Part shown: positions 51,933 to 62,600 of the stretch, in pieces
How the letters are laid out: each line of letters begins with the position of its first letter
How positions within the stretch are numbered: position 1 is the first letter of the stretch
Assembly (NCBI GenBank): GCA_000165345.1
Contig: CM000430.1
Span: 544,001 to 608,000, forward strand
Length of the DNA: 64,000 nt
Direction of reading: 5' to 3'
Translations under genes and position numbers: made by a program
The notes under the pieces: generated by a model
The model's input: the letters and a program-made list of their open reading frames with translations, nothing else
What the model was told of the DNA's origin: nothing
The model's database searches: none

Positions 51933-51987
51933 CCTGAAAGGCGCGCGCGCGCTTCAGGCGGTATTCTGAATTTCCTTTTGAATTCAG
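51933..51987. repeat. (GC)6 alternating tract flanked by a short inverted repeat, plus an adjacent 7-bp-stem hairpin, in a divergent promoter
   Basis: cctgaa-agg-GCGCGCGCGCGC-ttcagg at 51933..51958, then ctgaatt-tccttttg-aattcag at 51966..51987. Embedded in a 500-bp AT-rich region between the secreted-protein gene (-) and PWP2 (+). Confidence 0.6.
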
Positions 51988-52293
51988 TAGCTTGCTCTTA
52001 CATAAAGTCTTGATTTGACAAAAAAGGAGAAATAAAAAGCCATTCTGCTTGTAATATAAAAACTATAAAATTTTGGCTATACAAGGTATTATTTTTATAT
52101 TCTCCTACTGAACCATTTTGAGATAGCTGGGAGAAAACTTTAATTTTTAGGAGTATATAAATTTAAATTTAATAATAAATATTTCCAATTTAAATCATAT
52201 ATATGCCAAGTATTAGCCTATATTTTAATAGGCTGAAATATTGAAGTTTGAAGCAAAATTCTTATAACATTTAATTATTAATACTAATTCATC

Positions 52294-55200
52294 ATGTACA
52301 AATTCAATAATTTATTAGGAGTGCCATATAATGGAGGCGATATTCTTTTTTTCTCAGATTCGTCAAACTTGGTCTCTAATGTGGACAATAGGATTTGTGT
52401 TCATGATATAAAATTTAACAGAACCCATGTATTGGGATGTGAAGCAAGAAGTAATATAAGCAAGATGTGCCTTTCACCTGACGAGAGCATTCTAATTTGT
52501 GTAGACGAAGATAATTATGGCTCAATTGTCAACTTTTCAAAAGGGCTTATTCTTAATAGAATGCAATTTCCCGGTTCAGTTGGATTCATTTGCTATAGCC
52601 ACAATGGAAATTACGTTGCTGCAGCAATTGATTCTGGAATATATATATGGCATGCTCCATGTATATCAAAAGGTTGGCAATTGATATTAAAGAGAAAGCA
52701 TATTATCCACAACTCTAAGGTTAATTCTTTAGATTGGAGTAGGTGCGATCGTTTTTTACTTACGGCTAGCAATGACATGACTGTAAGGCTTATCAGCATT
52801 GAAAAGATTGACCATTTTGACACTGTAGCCTTTATTGCCCACAAAAATCCAGTTGTTGGCTCCTACTTCACGAAAAACATGCAATTCATATTTTCTGTAA
52901 GCTCTGAAGGCGTTATAATATTCTGGAAACCTTCATCCAAAAAGGAAAGTCAAGGTAAGAAAGTTTTTACCCCCCAAAAAATTCTCCCTAGACAAATTAA
53001 GAAATCTAGGGCAAATACTAAATTAGCCTTAGACATAGATTCAGACATTGAACCAGAATTTTATGATGGAATAAGAAGTAAATATTGGATTGAGGCCCTG
53101 AGAGCATATGTAAATCAATCAAAAGGAGCGATTATTACAGGCTGTGCATTTAATTATGAAAAGAACCTGGCTGCAATTTCAACATCTAATGGAGTATTTA
53201 CCTTATATGGAATTTCAGTTGGGCTGGATTCTGACTCTTTCGACCCAAGTAATGTCTTAATTAATTCAATCCATACGTTTTCACTTTCTAACTCCCCTTT
53301 AACTTCACTAAAATTTGGTGCAAAAGGCGAATGGCTGGCAGTTGGAGCTGCAAAAACTGGTCAGCTTATCATTTGGGAATGGCAATCAGAGTCGTATATA
53401 CTTAAGCAGCAAGGCCATTCTTTTGGTATACAATCTTCTGGTTTTAGCCCGGTAGGATTAACTCAAGGGAAATGGAATGGAAAAGCTTCTCATGACGATT
53501 ATCTTGGCATTGGATCAAGAACAATAATTGCAACAGGAGGGGTTGACGGCAAAGTAAAGCTTTGGGATATTAGTTCAGGATATAATTTTGCGACATTTTC
53601 AGATCACATCGCCCCAGTTTCTAAAGTTATTTTTAATCCCCAAGGTAATGCCATCCTATCCGCTTCCCTCGATGGTTCAATCAGAGCATATGATATTATG
53701 AGATACAGAAACTTCAGGACTTTAACAGCCGACGAAGATACAGGCGTTCAGTTCACATGTGTTGCAATTGATAGAGCTGGTGATTTAGTAGTAGCAGGCA
53801 GTCAGGGCGAAGAATGCAAAATTTATGTCTGGAGTTTCCAAACCGGTAAGCTAGTAGATAAATTGTCTGGGCATACATCCAACATAGTTGACATCGCGTT
53901 TTGTCCTTCGCTTTCTAGCCCTGGCATTTTAGCTTCTGCTTCATGGGACGGCACTGTTAGAATATGGGATCTTTATGCACGTGTTGGTAAAGGAGCAACA
54001 GGGGAAACCTTAGTACACTCTTCTTCCGTGCTTTCAATAGCATTTGACCCTAGAGGGAATAATATGCTTGCAACCAGTTCTTTGTCCGGGAGTATTACTT
54101 TCTGGGATATAAATAAGGGCACTGTTGAAGGTAGTATTGATGGTCTAAGAGATATTCATAGCGGAAGGAGCTCTTCAAGTGCATTTTCTGCAAATAACAG
54201 CAAAGGCGGTGGCGGAAGACTTGGAGCAAAAACAAACCAAAATATTAATAGAAACCAACACTTCTCATCTATCTGTTACAATAGCAATGGAAGATTTCTT
54301 CTTGCCTCCTCTAGAAATTCAGCTAGAGTATGCCTTTATGATACATTAACCTTTACTTTGGTTTCTACTGTTCAACTAACAAATTCTCGTTTCTTTTCGG
54401 GAATTAGAATGGAGCTTAATTCCAATTTAAATTCCAACAAAAAGAAAAAAAGAATCCCCGATTCTGAAAATCCTGATGAAATTTGGAGTTCTTCAAATAG
54501 ATTAAGCGAGAAAGAGAAGATTATTCATGAACATAATTCTTTACCAGGAACTATTGTTGGGGAGTTCTCAAGCCCTAGCAGGCAATCTCATTTTTCTGTA
54601 TATGAGGTGGCATTTTCCCAAAACTCATCGCATTGGATTGCTTCTACTAGCCATGGAGCATTCCTTTTCTGCATTGATACTCTAGGAAATTCATATTCAG
54701 GCTCTTCAACTCACTTAAACATGTTAGATACTTTTAAAAAGCAAATAATGACAAAAGAGGTAAATGTGAGCAATATTGATCATTTTCTCAAAGAAGGAGA
54801 TTTTTTAAGAGGCTTGATTCTTGCATTGGCAATGAATAATTTCAATATACTTGCAAAGGCGTATGTCCAAATTCCAATTACTTCGATTGACTACATTGTA
54901 CAGAATATTGTTTCATTTTTTCTTCCAAATATACTAAACTTTTTAAGAATTGTAACAAGCCCTAATAATAAACAATTTTTCAGATTAGAACGCCATCTTA
55001 TTTGGGTTGAATCTATTATCAGAATCCATGGGAATACATTCCTAAATGTAAATGAAACTATTAGTGAATCTCTAAATAACAGTAAAACTGTTTTTGAAAA
55101 TAATGCAGCGAACAAAAATAGTGAGGAGAGCGAAAAGCTTAAACAAAACAAACTCGCAATATTGTCTACAAATCTCAGTGACTGTGACACAAGAAGTATT

Positions 55201-55305
55201 TTTCTTGCAATTTTGATGAATATCTCTCAAATTTACTCATTTTCAAGGCAAATATATGACTCCAATTGCTCTATATTGCATTATATTTCATCTAAACTAA
55301 TATAG
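52294..55305 (+). CDS. PWP2: Periodic tryptophan protein 2 (PWP2/Utp1), SSU processome WD40 protein
   Basis: 1003 aa. N-terminus FNNLLGVPYNGGDILFFSDSSNLVSNVDNRICVHDIKFNRTH... parallels yeast Pwp2 FSNLLGTVYRRGNLNF...GNRVTVFDLKNN. Many WD40 repeats and a helical C-terminal Utp12-like region. Confidence 0.8.
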   Translation: MYKFNNLLGVPYNGGDILFFSDSSNLVSNVDNRICVHDIKFNRTHVLGCEARSNISKMCLSPDESILICVDEDNYGSIVNFSKGLILNRMQFPGSVGFICYSHNGNYVAAAIDSGIYIWHAPCISKGWQLILKRKHIIHNSKVNSLDWSRCDRFLLTASNDMTVRLISIEKIDHFDTVAFIAHKNPVVGSYFTKNMQFIFSVSSEGVIIFWKPSSKKESQGKKVFTPQKILPRQIKKSRANTKLALDIDSDIEPEFYDGIRSKYWIEALRAYVNQSKGAIITGCAFNYEKNLAAISTSNGVFTLYGISVGLDSDSFDPSNVLINSIHTFSLSNSPLTSLKFGAKGEWLAVGAAKTGQLIIWEWQSESYILKQQGHSFGIQSSGFSPVGLTQGKWNGKASHDDYLGIGSRTIIATGGVDGKVKLWDISSGYNFATFSDHIAPVSKVIFNPQGNAILSASLDGSIRAYDIMRYRNFRTLTADEDTGVQFTCVAIDRAGDLVVAGSQGEECKIYVWSFQTGKLVDKLSGHTSNIVDIAFCPSLSSPGILASASWDGTVRIWDLYARVGKGATGETLVHSSSVLSIAFDPRGNNMLATSSLSGSITFWDINKGTVEGSIDGLRDIHSGRSSSSAFSANNSKGGGGRLGAKTNQNINRNQHFSSICYNSNGRFLLASSRNSARVCLYDTLTFTLVSTVQLTNSRFFSGIRMELNSNLNSNKKKKRIPDSENPDEIWSSSNRLSEKEKIIHEHNSLPGTIVGEFSSPSRQSHFSVYEVAFSQNSSHWIASTSHGAFLFCIDTLGNSYSGSSTHLNMLDTFKKQIMTKEVNVSNIDHFLKEGDFLRGLILALAMNNFNILAKAYVQIPITSIDYIVQNIVSFFLPNILNFLRIVTSPNNKQFFRLERHLIWVESIIRIHGNTFLNVNETISESLNNSKTVFENNAANKNSEESEKLKQNKLAILSTNLSDCDTRSIFLAILMNISQIYSFSRQIYDSNCSILHYISSKLI

Positions 55306-55973
55306 AAATAATTATAGATTATATAAACCTTTCTAATTTTTTTAAATTAATTTGATTATGCTATCTTTATTTTTTATTTCAGAATCAATGAGCAATTTTC
55401 AATATTTTAAGTTTTTTTTAAATATTTCACAGTGTATTTTAATCCCCACAATGCATGCATAATTAACATGAATTGCAGGCATGACTATTATTTGCATGCA
55501 TGGATAACAAAATCATGCAAAAAAATGGTTATATATTTGAAACATTTGAAGACGAAAAATTTTCTTTCGTAATGCTTTTTGCTTTGATTTGAGTATTTAT
55601 TGTCTTTACAAGAGGAACAAAAAAATAAAACATCCGGCTACCAGTAATTGGAGTTAATTATTGAAAGCAAGTTTATTAATCAGACAAGAACAGTAAATTG
55701 GTAATTCTTTAAAACTTAAAAGTAATTTTTATAGATAGCCAAATTGGAATTGTTAAATTATAAGGTTTGTTAGACTTGAAGATGATGATGTATTCGGGGC
55801 ATATTTCAAGCAAGTTAGAAAATGACAAATTATCATATAGTTGCTACCAAGGCAGGGAAAAATTGGAATATAATGAAAGTTGGTTTAATAAAATCAAGAA
55901 TAGAAGTGAAGTTGGAGTATCATACCAAAGCCAACTTGAAATTTTATTCTGGATAGCATTTTGTCTATTATTA

Positions 55974-56708
55974 ATGGTTGGGTATAAGTACCTTTCGGAT
56001 GGAAGTTTTTCAGCAATATTGACACTTTCTTCAGCCTTTCAGTGCTTTGCATTTCTATTATTGGCATCAAAGGTAAATACTCAGTGCTCTCTTTCGGGAA
56101 TTTCACTAAGAAGCCAAATACTGTATTCAATAGCTTTAATTTCAAAACTATCTTCTACCTTATTTTTTAATGGATATTTACCAGTAGATAGATCTGGGGA
56201 CTGGGTATACCAAGTGGCTGATGTTGTTTCATTGGCTATTTCTTTATTATTAATTTACTGGGGGAATACAAAGCTCAAGTATCAATATAAATTTGATAAA
56301 GATTCAGTAAATATCGTGATTCCTATAGTATTTTCTGCTATTTTAGCCGCAATTATACACCCAGATTTGAATAGTTATTTCCCTGCCGACTTTGCTTGGA
56401 CATTTTCATTGTATTTGGAGACAACAGCTATGTTACCGCAGCTTGTTATGATGACGAAAATTGGAGGCGAAGTTGAAACTCTTACAAGTCATTATTTGGC
56501 ATCATTGGCAACATCAAAGATTCTTTCATTTGTATTTTGGCTTTTTTCTTATAGAGAGCTTGCTCCAGAACATGGAAAAAACGTTCCTGGTTGGACTGTA
56601 ATGGCTTCCTTTGCGATTCAAATTATTCTTTTTACAGACTTTTTGTATGCATACATTAAATCTGTTCGCTTAGGAAAAGCATTGATTATTCCTACAAGTA
56701 TTGTATAA
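55974..56708 (+). CDS. ERD2: ER lumen protein-retaining receptor (KDEL receptor, ERD2 family)
   Basis: The ORF-track start at 55767 is TTG. Homology to KDEL receptors begins at the in-frame ATG at 55974 (MVGYKYLSDGSFSAIL ~ MNLFRFLGDLSHLLAI). Strong C-terminal match FSLYLETTAMLPQLVMMTKIGGEVETLTSHYLASL ~ [34 protein letters not shown]. Seven predicted TM segments. Confidence 0.7.
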   Translation: MVGYKYLSDGSFSAILTLSSAFQCFAFLLLASKVNTQCSLSGISLRSQILYSIALISKLSSTLFFNGYLPVDRSGDWVYQVADVVSLAISLLLIYWGNTKLKYQYKFDKDSVNIVIPIVFSAILAAIIHPDLNSYFPADFAWTFSLYLETTAMLPQLVMMTKIGGEVETLTSHYLASLATSKILSFVFWLFSYRELAPEHGKNVPGWTVMASFAIQIILFTDFLYAYIKSVRLGKALIIPTSIV

Positions 56709-56907
56709 ATTAATGCTTTTGTTTCCACTCCCAGAAATTGATACAGTCTAATATAAGAAATTTATATTATAAATTGAAAAGAAACTTTAAAGTTTGAATT
56801 GCTTTAATGTAGCCAATAAGTCAAAAAGTTACATAAAGTACAGAAATGATTTATAGTACAAATATATAATATAGTATACAAAATAACAGTGCTTCTTATT
56901 TGGAATG

Positions 56908-58692
56908 CTAATTATTAATATGATAAGCATTCGGAGGAATTTTCTGATTTATTGAATTACTATTTTTTTCAACATTAAAATTTTGAAATTCAGTATTCTG
57001 ACTTTTTGCTGGACATTGGTTACTTTGCATAGAGAAAATGTGCGGACGAATATCAATCATTCCTTTAAATTCCTCACTTGATTCGTTGAAGTTCTCTTGA
57101 AGTTTTTGCTGGAAATTTGACACATTTATTCTATCAGTTATATTCTCATTTATTACTTCATACATAGATGAGAGTATTGTAATTGTTTGCATTCTAAAAT
57201 TCTTCAAGGAATTGGCAATTTCTATAAAATTCTCATCCGAATACTTTTCAAATTCTACACAACCGCTTTTTAGCTCTTCAATGATCTTCGAATTCCTTTT
57301 TATTTGCCTTTGCAGCTTCTCTTCATTCTTGAAAAGGTCATCACTAATGTAGCTAACCAGATCTTTGATACTTGATATCTTATCAGTTATAGTTTTTGAA
57401 AGCTCGTCCCCAAATAAGAAGCCACTTTCCTCTTCTTGCTTTTTTCTGAGAGAAAAATATTCATCATTTAGTTCTTTAATAGCTGACTGTATAAGCTCTG
57501 AACGGTTATTTAATTCCTTTTCCAACCTTTCAATTTGTTCTTTATTAAATAATTCATCGTTTTTAATGCTAATAAAGCTATCTTGTATACTATCAACTTC
57601 ATTTTTTACCCCTTGGATTCTATTCTCTAACTTTGCTATCATATCGCTCTCAGCTGACCTATTCATTAGCTCATCTTTAATCAAAAGATTAATATCTTCG
57701 AGTCTTTTTTCCGTGTTTTTTTCATCTTTAGCATTCTTATTACGAATTTCTCCAATACCTTTCTCAAGAGTTTCGATTCTACCTTGTGTAATAATTCTTA
57801 CAAAATCTTTGAATAGCTGCCTAATTAAACAAAGATTTTCAAGTTCTAATTCATCTAAATTATTCCCTATCCCGACTAAATTCTCATCTTCAACAAAAAC
57901 ATCTCTTAGAATTTCGTATATTAGCATCTTGCTCCCTTCAAGTTTTCCATTTTGATTACGCTCGTAACAACTACAACTTCCATTACTTGAGGACTTTTCC
58001 GTACAAGAGCATAGGCAGGAACAGGAACTTGAATCAGAACTTGATAATGTGTTCGAATTTAAATTCGAATCCAAATTTTCATCATCTTTTTGATTTTTTT
58101 GTGGCATTGTTAACATAGTATTTCCAACCACTCTGTTTCCAATGGAAGTCTTCAAATCTTTTAGTTCTAGAGCAATCTCCTGGATCTGTAATGCAATATC
58201 TCTAACAGTTGATTCCATTATTGACTGTTGTACTTTTAAATCTGTAATGTTTCTCTGCAGCTCGAGATGGTGATGAGCGCAATTCTTATCCAATTTATCC
58301 GCTAGTGTCCTTTCGAGATTCGATACTGATTTTTCTACCATATTATTTATATATTGCTCGTTTGCTATCCCAAGAATATTTTCAGCTAAGCCTTCCAGAG
58401 CTTCAACTTTACTGCTCTTGTATGCAGAATTGCCTTGGCAATTGTTGCAGCAGTTTCTAGAATTCTTTAAGTTTTCATTTCCTATTCTGGCATTATGGCT
58501 CCTTTTTGGAAATACTACTCTTTTGGAAATATAATTCCTGGGTCGATTTACTACCTGTAATTTTTCTACTAAACAACTCATCTCAGTTTGTATTATTCTA
58601 TAATTCCTTTGTAATTCTTCAATCACATCTTCTATATGCTCCGCCCATTCTGAAACATCCTCAACTGTTGACTGTGAATCGTAATCATCCAT
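56908..58692 (-). CDS. Coiled-coil protein with Cys/Ser cluster (hypothetical)
   Basis: 594 aa, ATG at 58692. Extensive heptad-rich helices. N-terminal CCNNCQGN and a mid-protein cluster SSSDSSSCSCLCSCTEKSSSNGSCSCY (about 57990..58035). No family recognised. Confidence 0.5.
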   Translation of the reverse strand: MDDYDSQSTVEDVSEWAEHIEDVIEELQRNYRIIQTEMSCLVEKLQVVNRPRNYISKRVVFPKRSHNARIGNENLKNSRNCCNNCQGNSAYKSSKVEALEGLAENILGIANEQYINNMVEKSVSNLERTLADKLDKNCAHHHLELQRNITDLKVQQSIMESTVRDIALQIQEIALELKDLKTSIGNRVVGNTMLTMPQKNQKDDENLDSNLNSNTLSSSDSSSCSCLCSCTEKSSSNGSCSCYERNQNGKLEGSKMLIYEILRDVFVEDENLVGIGNNLDELELENLCLIRQLFKDFVRIITQGRIETLEKGIGEIRNKNAKDEKNTEKRLEDINLLIKDELMNRSAESDMIAKLENRIQGVKNEVDSIQDSFISIKNDELFNKEQIERLEKELNNRSELIQSAIKELNDEYFSLRKKQEEESGFLFGDELSKTITDKISSIKDLVSYISDDLFKNEEKLQRQIKRNSKIIEELKSGCVEFEKYSDENFIEIANSLKNFRMQTITILSSMYEVINENITDRINVSNFQQKLQENFNESSEEFKGMIDIRPHIFSMQSNQCPAKSQNTEFQNFNVEKNSNSINQKIPPNAYHINN

Positions 58693-59609
58693 GTTGAAGA
58701 AATCTCAAGGAAAATTAGGCTTTAATATATTTTCAATAATATCTTTTATTAGCCTTTATTCAATCAATCCAATTTTATTTTTCCTCGGCTTGGTGCATTA
58801 TTTTTTTTATTGTGTGTATTGTTGAAATTTTGTTTCTTTGAAATAAAAAGAAATTGTGTGCCAAAGGTTTTAATAAAGCCAGAATTTTATATTTTATAAT
58901 ATTAAGGCTTTGAATCTAAAGCATTAATATTATCTTTGTTCTTTAATCATATATTTAAATTCATTATTCTTTTTAATTTATTCCCTAAAAACCTTAAAAA
59001 AATATATACTGTAAAAAAAAAGCATATTGAAATTTGTTTTCCCTTTATTAGTCGCTTTTAACCTCAGTAAAAGCAGCGTTTGCTCACAACCAATAAACCA
59101 CCCCAAGTGAGAGCAAATGAACCGAACTAGAACAGAATGCAACAGAGAGAGGCGCTAAAACATGAAGGGTTTGTAGAATGACATTAGAGCTACTATCAAA
59201 ACTAAATATTTTTTATGGAGTTAAAAACGAGAAGATAGACTCAGTAGAATGAACCATCTGTTCCCACTACATAGCCTATTCTCAATGAATTCGACTATAA
59301 TATACTTTGGGAATTAATGTAACTACTTGCATAAGCGTTCGAGCTACTTTTAAGATTCTTCTTAAATAAATGCTCAGAATTAACTTTTTTTTCAACATAA
59401 CAAAGGAATATCATATCAATAGCTATTTGCGACGAAAAATAGCATTGACCAATCCTAAATACAGAATCAGCTATAAAAAATCCCAAAGGCTAAATTAAAG
59501 GAGCGACTAGATATATATATTTATATATATAAGCAAATCCATCACTTGAAATAAACTATCAGTTTTTTTAATTGCCTGTTGAAATTATAATCACAAACCC
59601 GCGCAAATA

Positions 59610-62600
59610 TTAATTGTTTTTTGATTTATTTTTACGATCCCATCCGGACCTATTAGACACTACACCTGCATGGTTAGGCAGAGATAACATGATATTATTT
59701 CCATTATTATTTCCATTATTACCAATAGTTTGGTCCGAAGGAATCCCAACAGATTTAGAAAAGTGCGCACCGTTCATACTATGATTCTGAGAAGGTTGAA
59801 CAAACGCTGAATTTGTAGATTGAACTCCAAATGAATGATAATCATAATGACATGAGGCTGCCATACCATTTCCAATACCAGAAACGCCACCCCCGTTATA
59901 AGTAGAAAAGTGGGAATTTCCGTCCATGGAATGATGATAAAAATTATGAATATTGCTTTCACTTGCTTCCTGCATTCCAAATGTGTTTTGAGTAGGATTC
60001 ATATGATTTGGGTTGTGCTGGAGATTGACAAATTCAGTTGATGGATTACTACCTTGTTGGTCATACAATGGATATGGGCGTTGATCCTGCCCTACTAACT
60101 GTTTAGGACCCTTACTAGCCCCTGCACATTGATTTGAAAATACACGTTTTGATTGTCCACCATTAACTGATCTTCCTGTAGAAAGATTGCTATTGAGTAC
60201 TTGAGCATTAGTTTGATGGGGAGCATGAAGGTGAATATTATGCTGATTATGAGTAGACATAGGCTGCGCAGCTCCAATATCATATCTTATTTCATTTTTA
60301 GCATTATTCATACTGTTAAATCTGGATACACCAACTTGTGGAACAGTCAAAGAATGGTGATTCCCAGATCCTCCCAAAATAGATTTTTCATTTGCAAGGG
60401 AAATATGTGTGGAGGGGTAGGCTGTTGGTGGTTGTAGTGAGTGAGGTTGATGTTGAAATCCTCCAGACTTTGTCCCCTTCGCTAACCCATTCATAGAGCC
60501 TATACCATTCGTTCCTTTATATGCATTATCAAAACGGGATTTACTAACACTTCCACTAATTGACTTGTTGGGCAAGTTGGTACTAGTACTTGAGGCAGAA
60601 TTAGACGAATATTTAGGTAATAGGTTTGTAACTTTGGTTACCAGTTCATACAAAGAAGAACTTGTGTTATTATCTAGAGAATAAATACCCATTGTTACTC
60701 CATTTATTATCTCATTTATAGAATTGATTTCTAAGGAATTTGCAGGATATCCTGAAGCAATAGCTTCTGCCACAAAGTCCTGAGTTTGCTTCACAATTTT
60801 CTGAATATTATCTAAAGAACCTCCATTTTTGTGGATATTTGCCAGAGAAGAGCCTTGAGCAGACAAAGTAAAAGCGTTAGAATCGGGCTTCGAATCGTAA
60901 TGCTTCTCATTGTTGAGCTTTGTGATGCCCCTGGTCTTTGCAATCATTGAGAAGTCGGGATATGGTAATGGTATCAAAGTAAACTCGTCTGGGCCAACAT
61001 TCTCGACAGTCCAAACATCCGGGAACGCCTCTACAAAATGAAGTAAATTTGTCCAACCAAGTATTTCAATATTTAAAGGAATTTCATAAAATTGTGAAAA
61101 TTCACTTTCTAAAATATCCAAAGGAAGAAAATCTAATGAGCTTTTAGGGATGTAGTGAGGAGCCAATCGTTTGCTTATCCATCTTCGCAAAAGGAAGTGA
61201 ACCCCTTGTAAAACTATCATTAAAGATGTTTGAGGTATATTATCCTTGCCAACGTTTACTATGGATGTCACTCCTGAAGATGTAGTTGTAGTGGATGAAT
61301 GAGATGAAAGAGCTACTGAAGAAGTTCCATTAGTAATGACTCCATTTTTTGAGCTTGAATTATCAATTTCAAATGTATCATCATCATCAGATATTAAAGA
61401 AGAGCCCTTTGTTGGTTGATTGGAATTTGTATTTACGATACTATTTGCACCCTGATCTTTCTTAATTTTGTTTGTACCACCAGCTAACACATTTTCTCCA
61501 ATAGAGGAACCTGAGGAATCTTTGCCTTGATGCTGTCTTGGGAGTTGGTTCGGAGATACAACACTACTTGTATTATATACATGATCAGAAATAGTGCCTG
61601 TTGATCCTGTGACTGCTAATCCTGAAGGGCCACCGGTTCCATTTATATTTTGTGGAACTTGGGGTCCGAAGCCAGAGAACGTTGGTGGCAGTGCTCCCAT
61701 CTTCCAAAATGCTTCAGCAGCTAACTTGAAGTCCGCAAAAGAAACAGTTACCGATTGCGCCGGAAGCAATAGTGGGGTAACACCCGATGAAAGATTAACT
61801 TTGAAAATTGGAGACAGTTTTGGAATGTTCGAAGAATCTATTATAGTATGTGGGCCTTCTATAAAAATATGAGGTAAAGCCTGTACTAAGCCCAATAATC
61901 CATTTTGAATTATGCATGACTGGAAGAATGAAGTTGCATCATGCTCAAAACGGAAACTAGTAAAGGAGTCATATAACATCGGAATATGTATCATAGGAAC
62001 TCCATGGCTGACCATAGGACCTAGTTGGCTAAGAGCAGAATGAAGTACTAAATGCAAAAGCCATTCAAATTCTACCGGTGATGCTGGGGGAGTTTTTGGC
62101 CATTCTATTTGAATAGGGGCTACAATGCCTCCTCTAGGAATAAATCCCATTCCAATATTACCAGACATATTGTTGTATAGAGGTTGAGATGAAGAATAAT
62201 TTGGAGGTAGAGATGGCATTCCCCCCATGGCCACGCTACTTCCTATCATCTGCTTTTCAATTCCAGAGGTATGATCTTGGAGAGCTGCGGATACAATCAT
62301 ATTACCTTGTAGCCCAGTTAAAGTTGGGGAAACAGGCTTTCTATTTGGCAAAATATGGGAGATAAACCCTCCACCACCTTCAAAAGTTGCTCTTCCTATC
62401 TCTTCAATAATTGCTTCTACAATCTCTAGCTCGCGCGGCTCATTATATCGCACCAATATATGAAGACCTTCTGGGTCATTACCGGTTGTACCTAAAATCT
62501 GAACCTGAGCTCCGCTCTCCTGTTCCATCCATTTCTGATTCGAACCCGAGACACCAATAATTGCACCAGCCAGATTAGAAATACTCGGATGGAACTTTGA

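Noticed and set aside
59041-59110. Imperfect inverted repeat ttgctcac...gtgagagcaa in the 3' region of the KH gene
   Set aside because: Short stem with a 2-nt bulge and no flanking T-run or other terminator or ncRNA hallmark. Likely chance.
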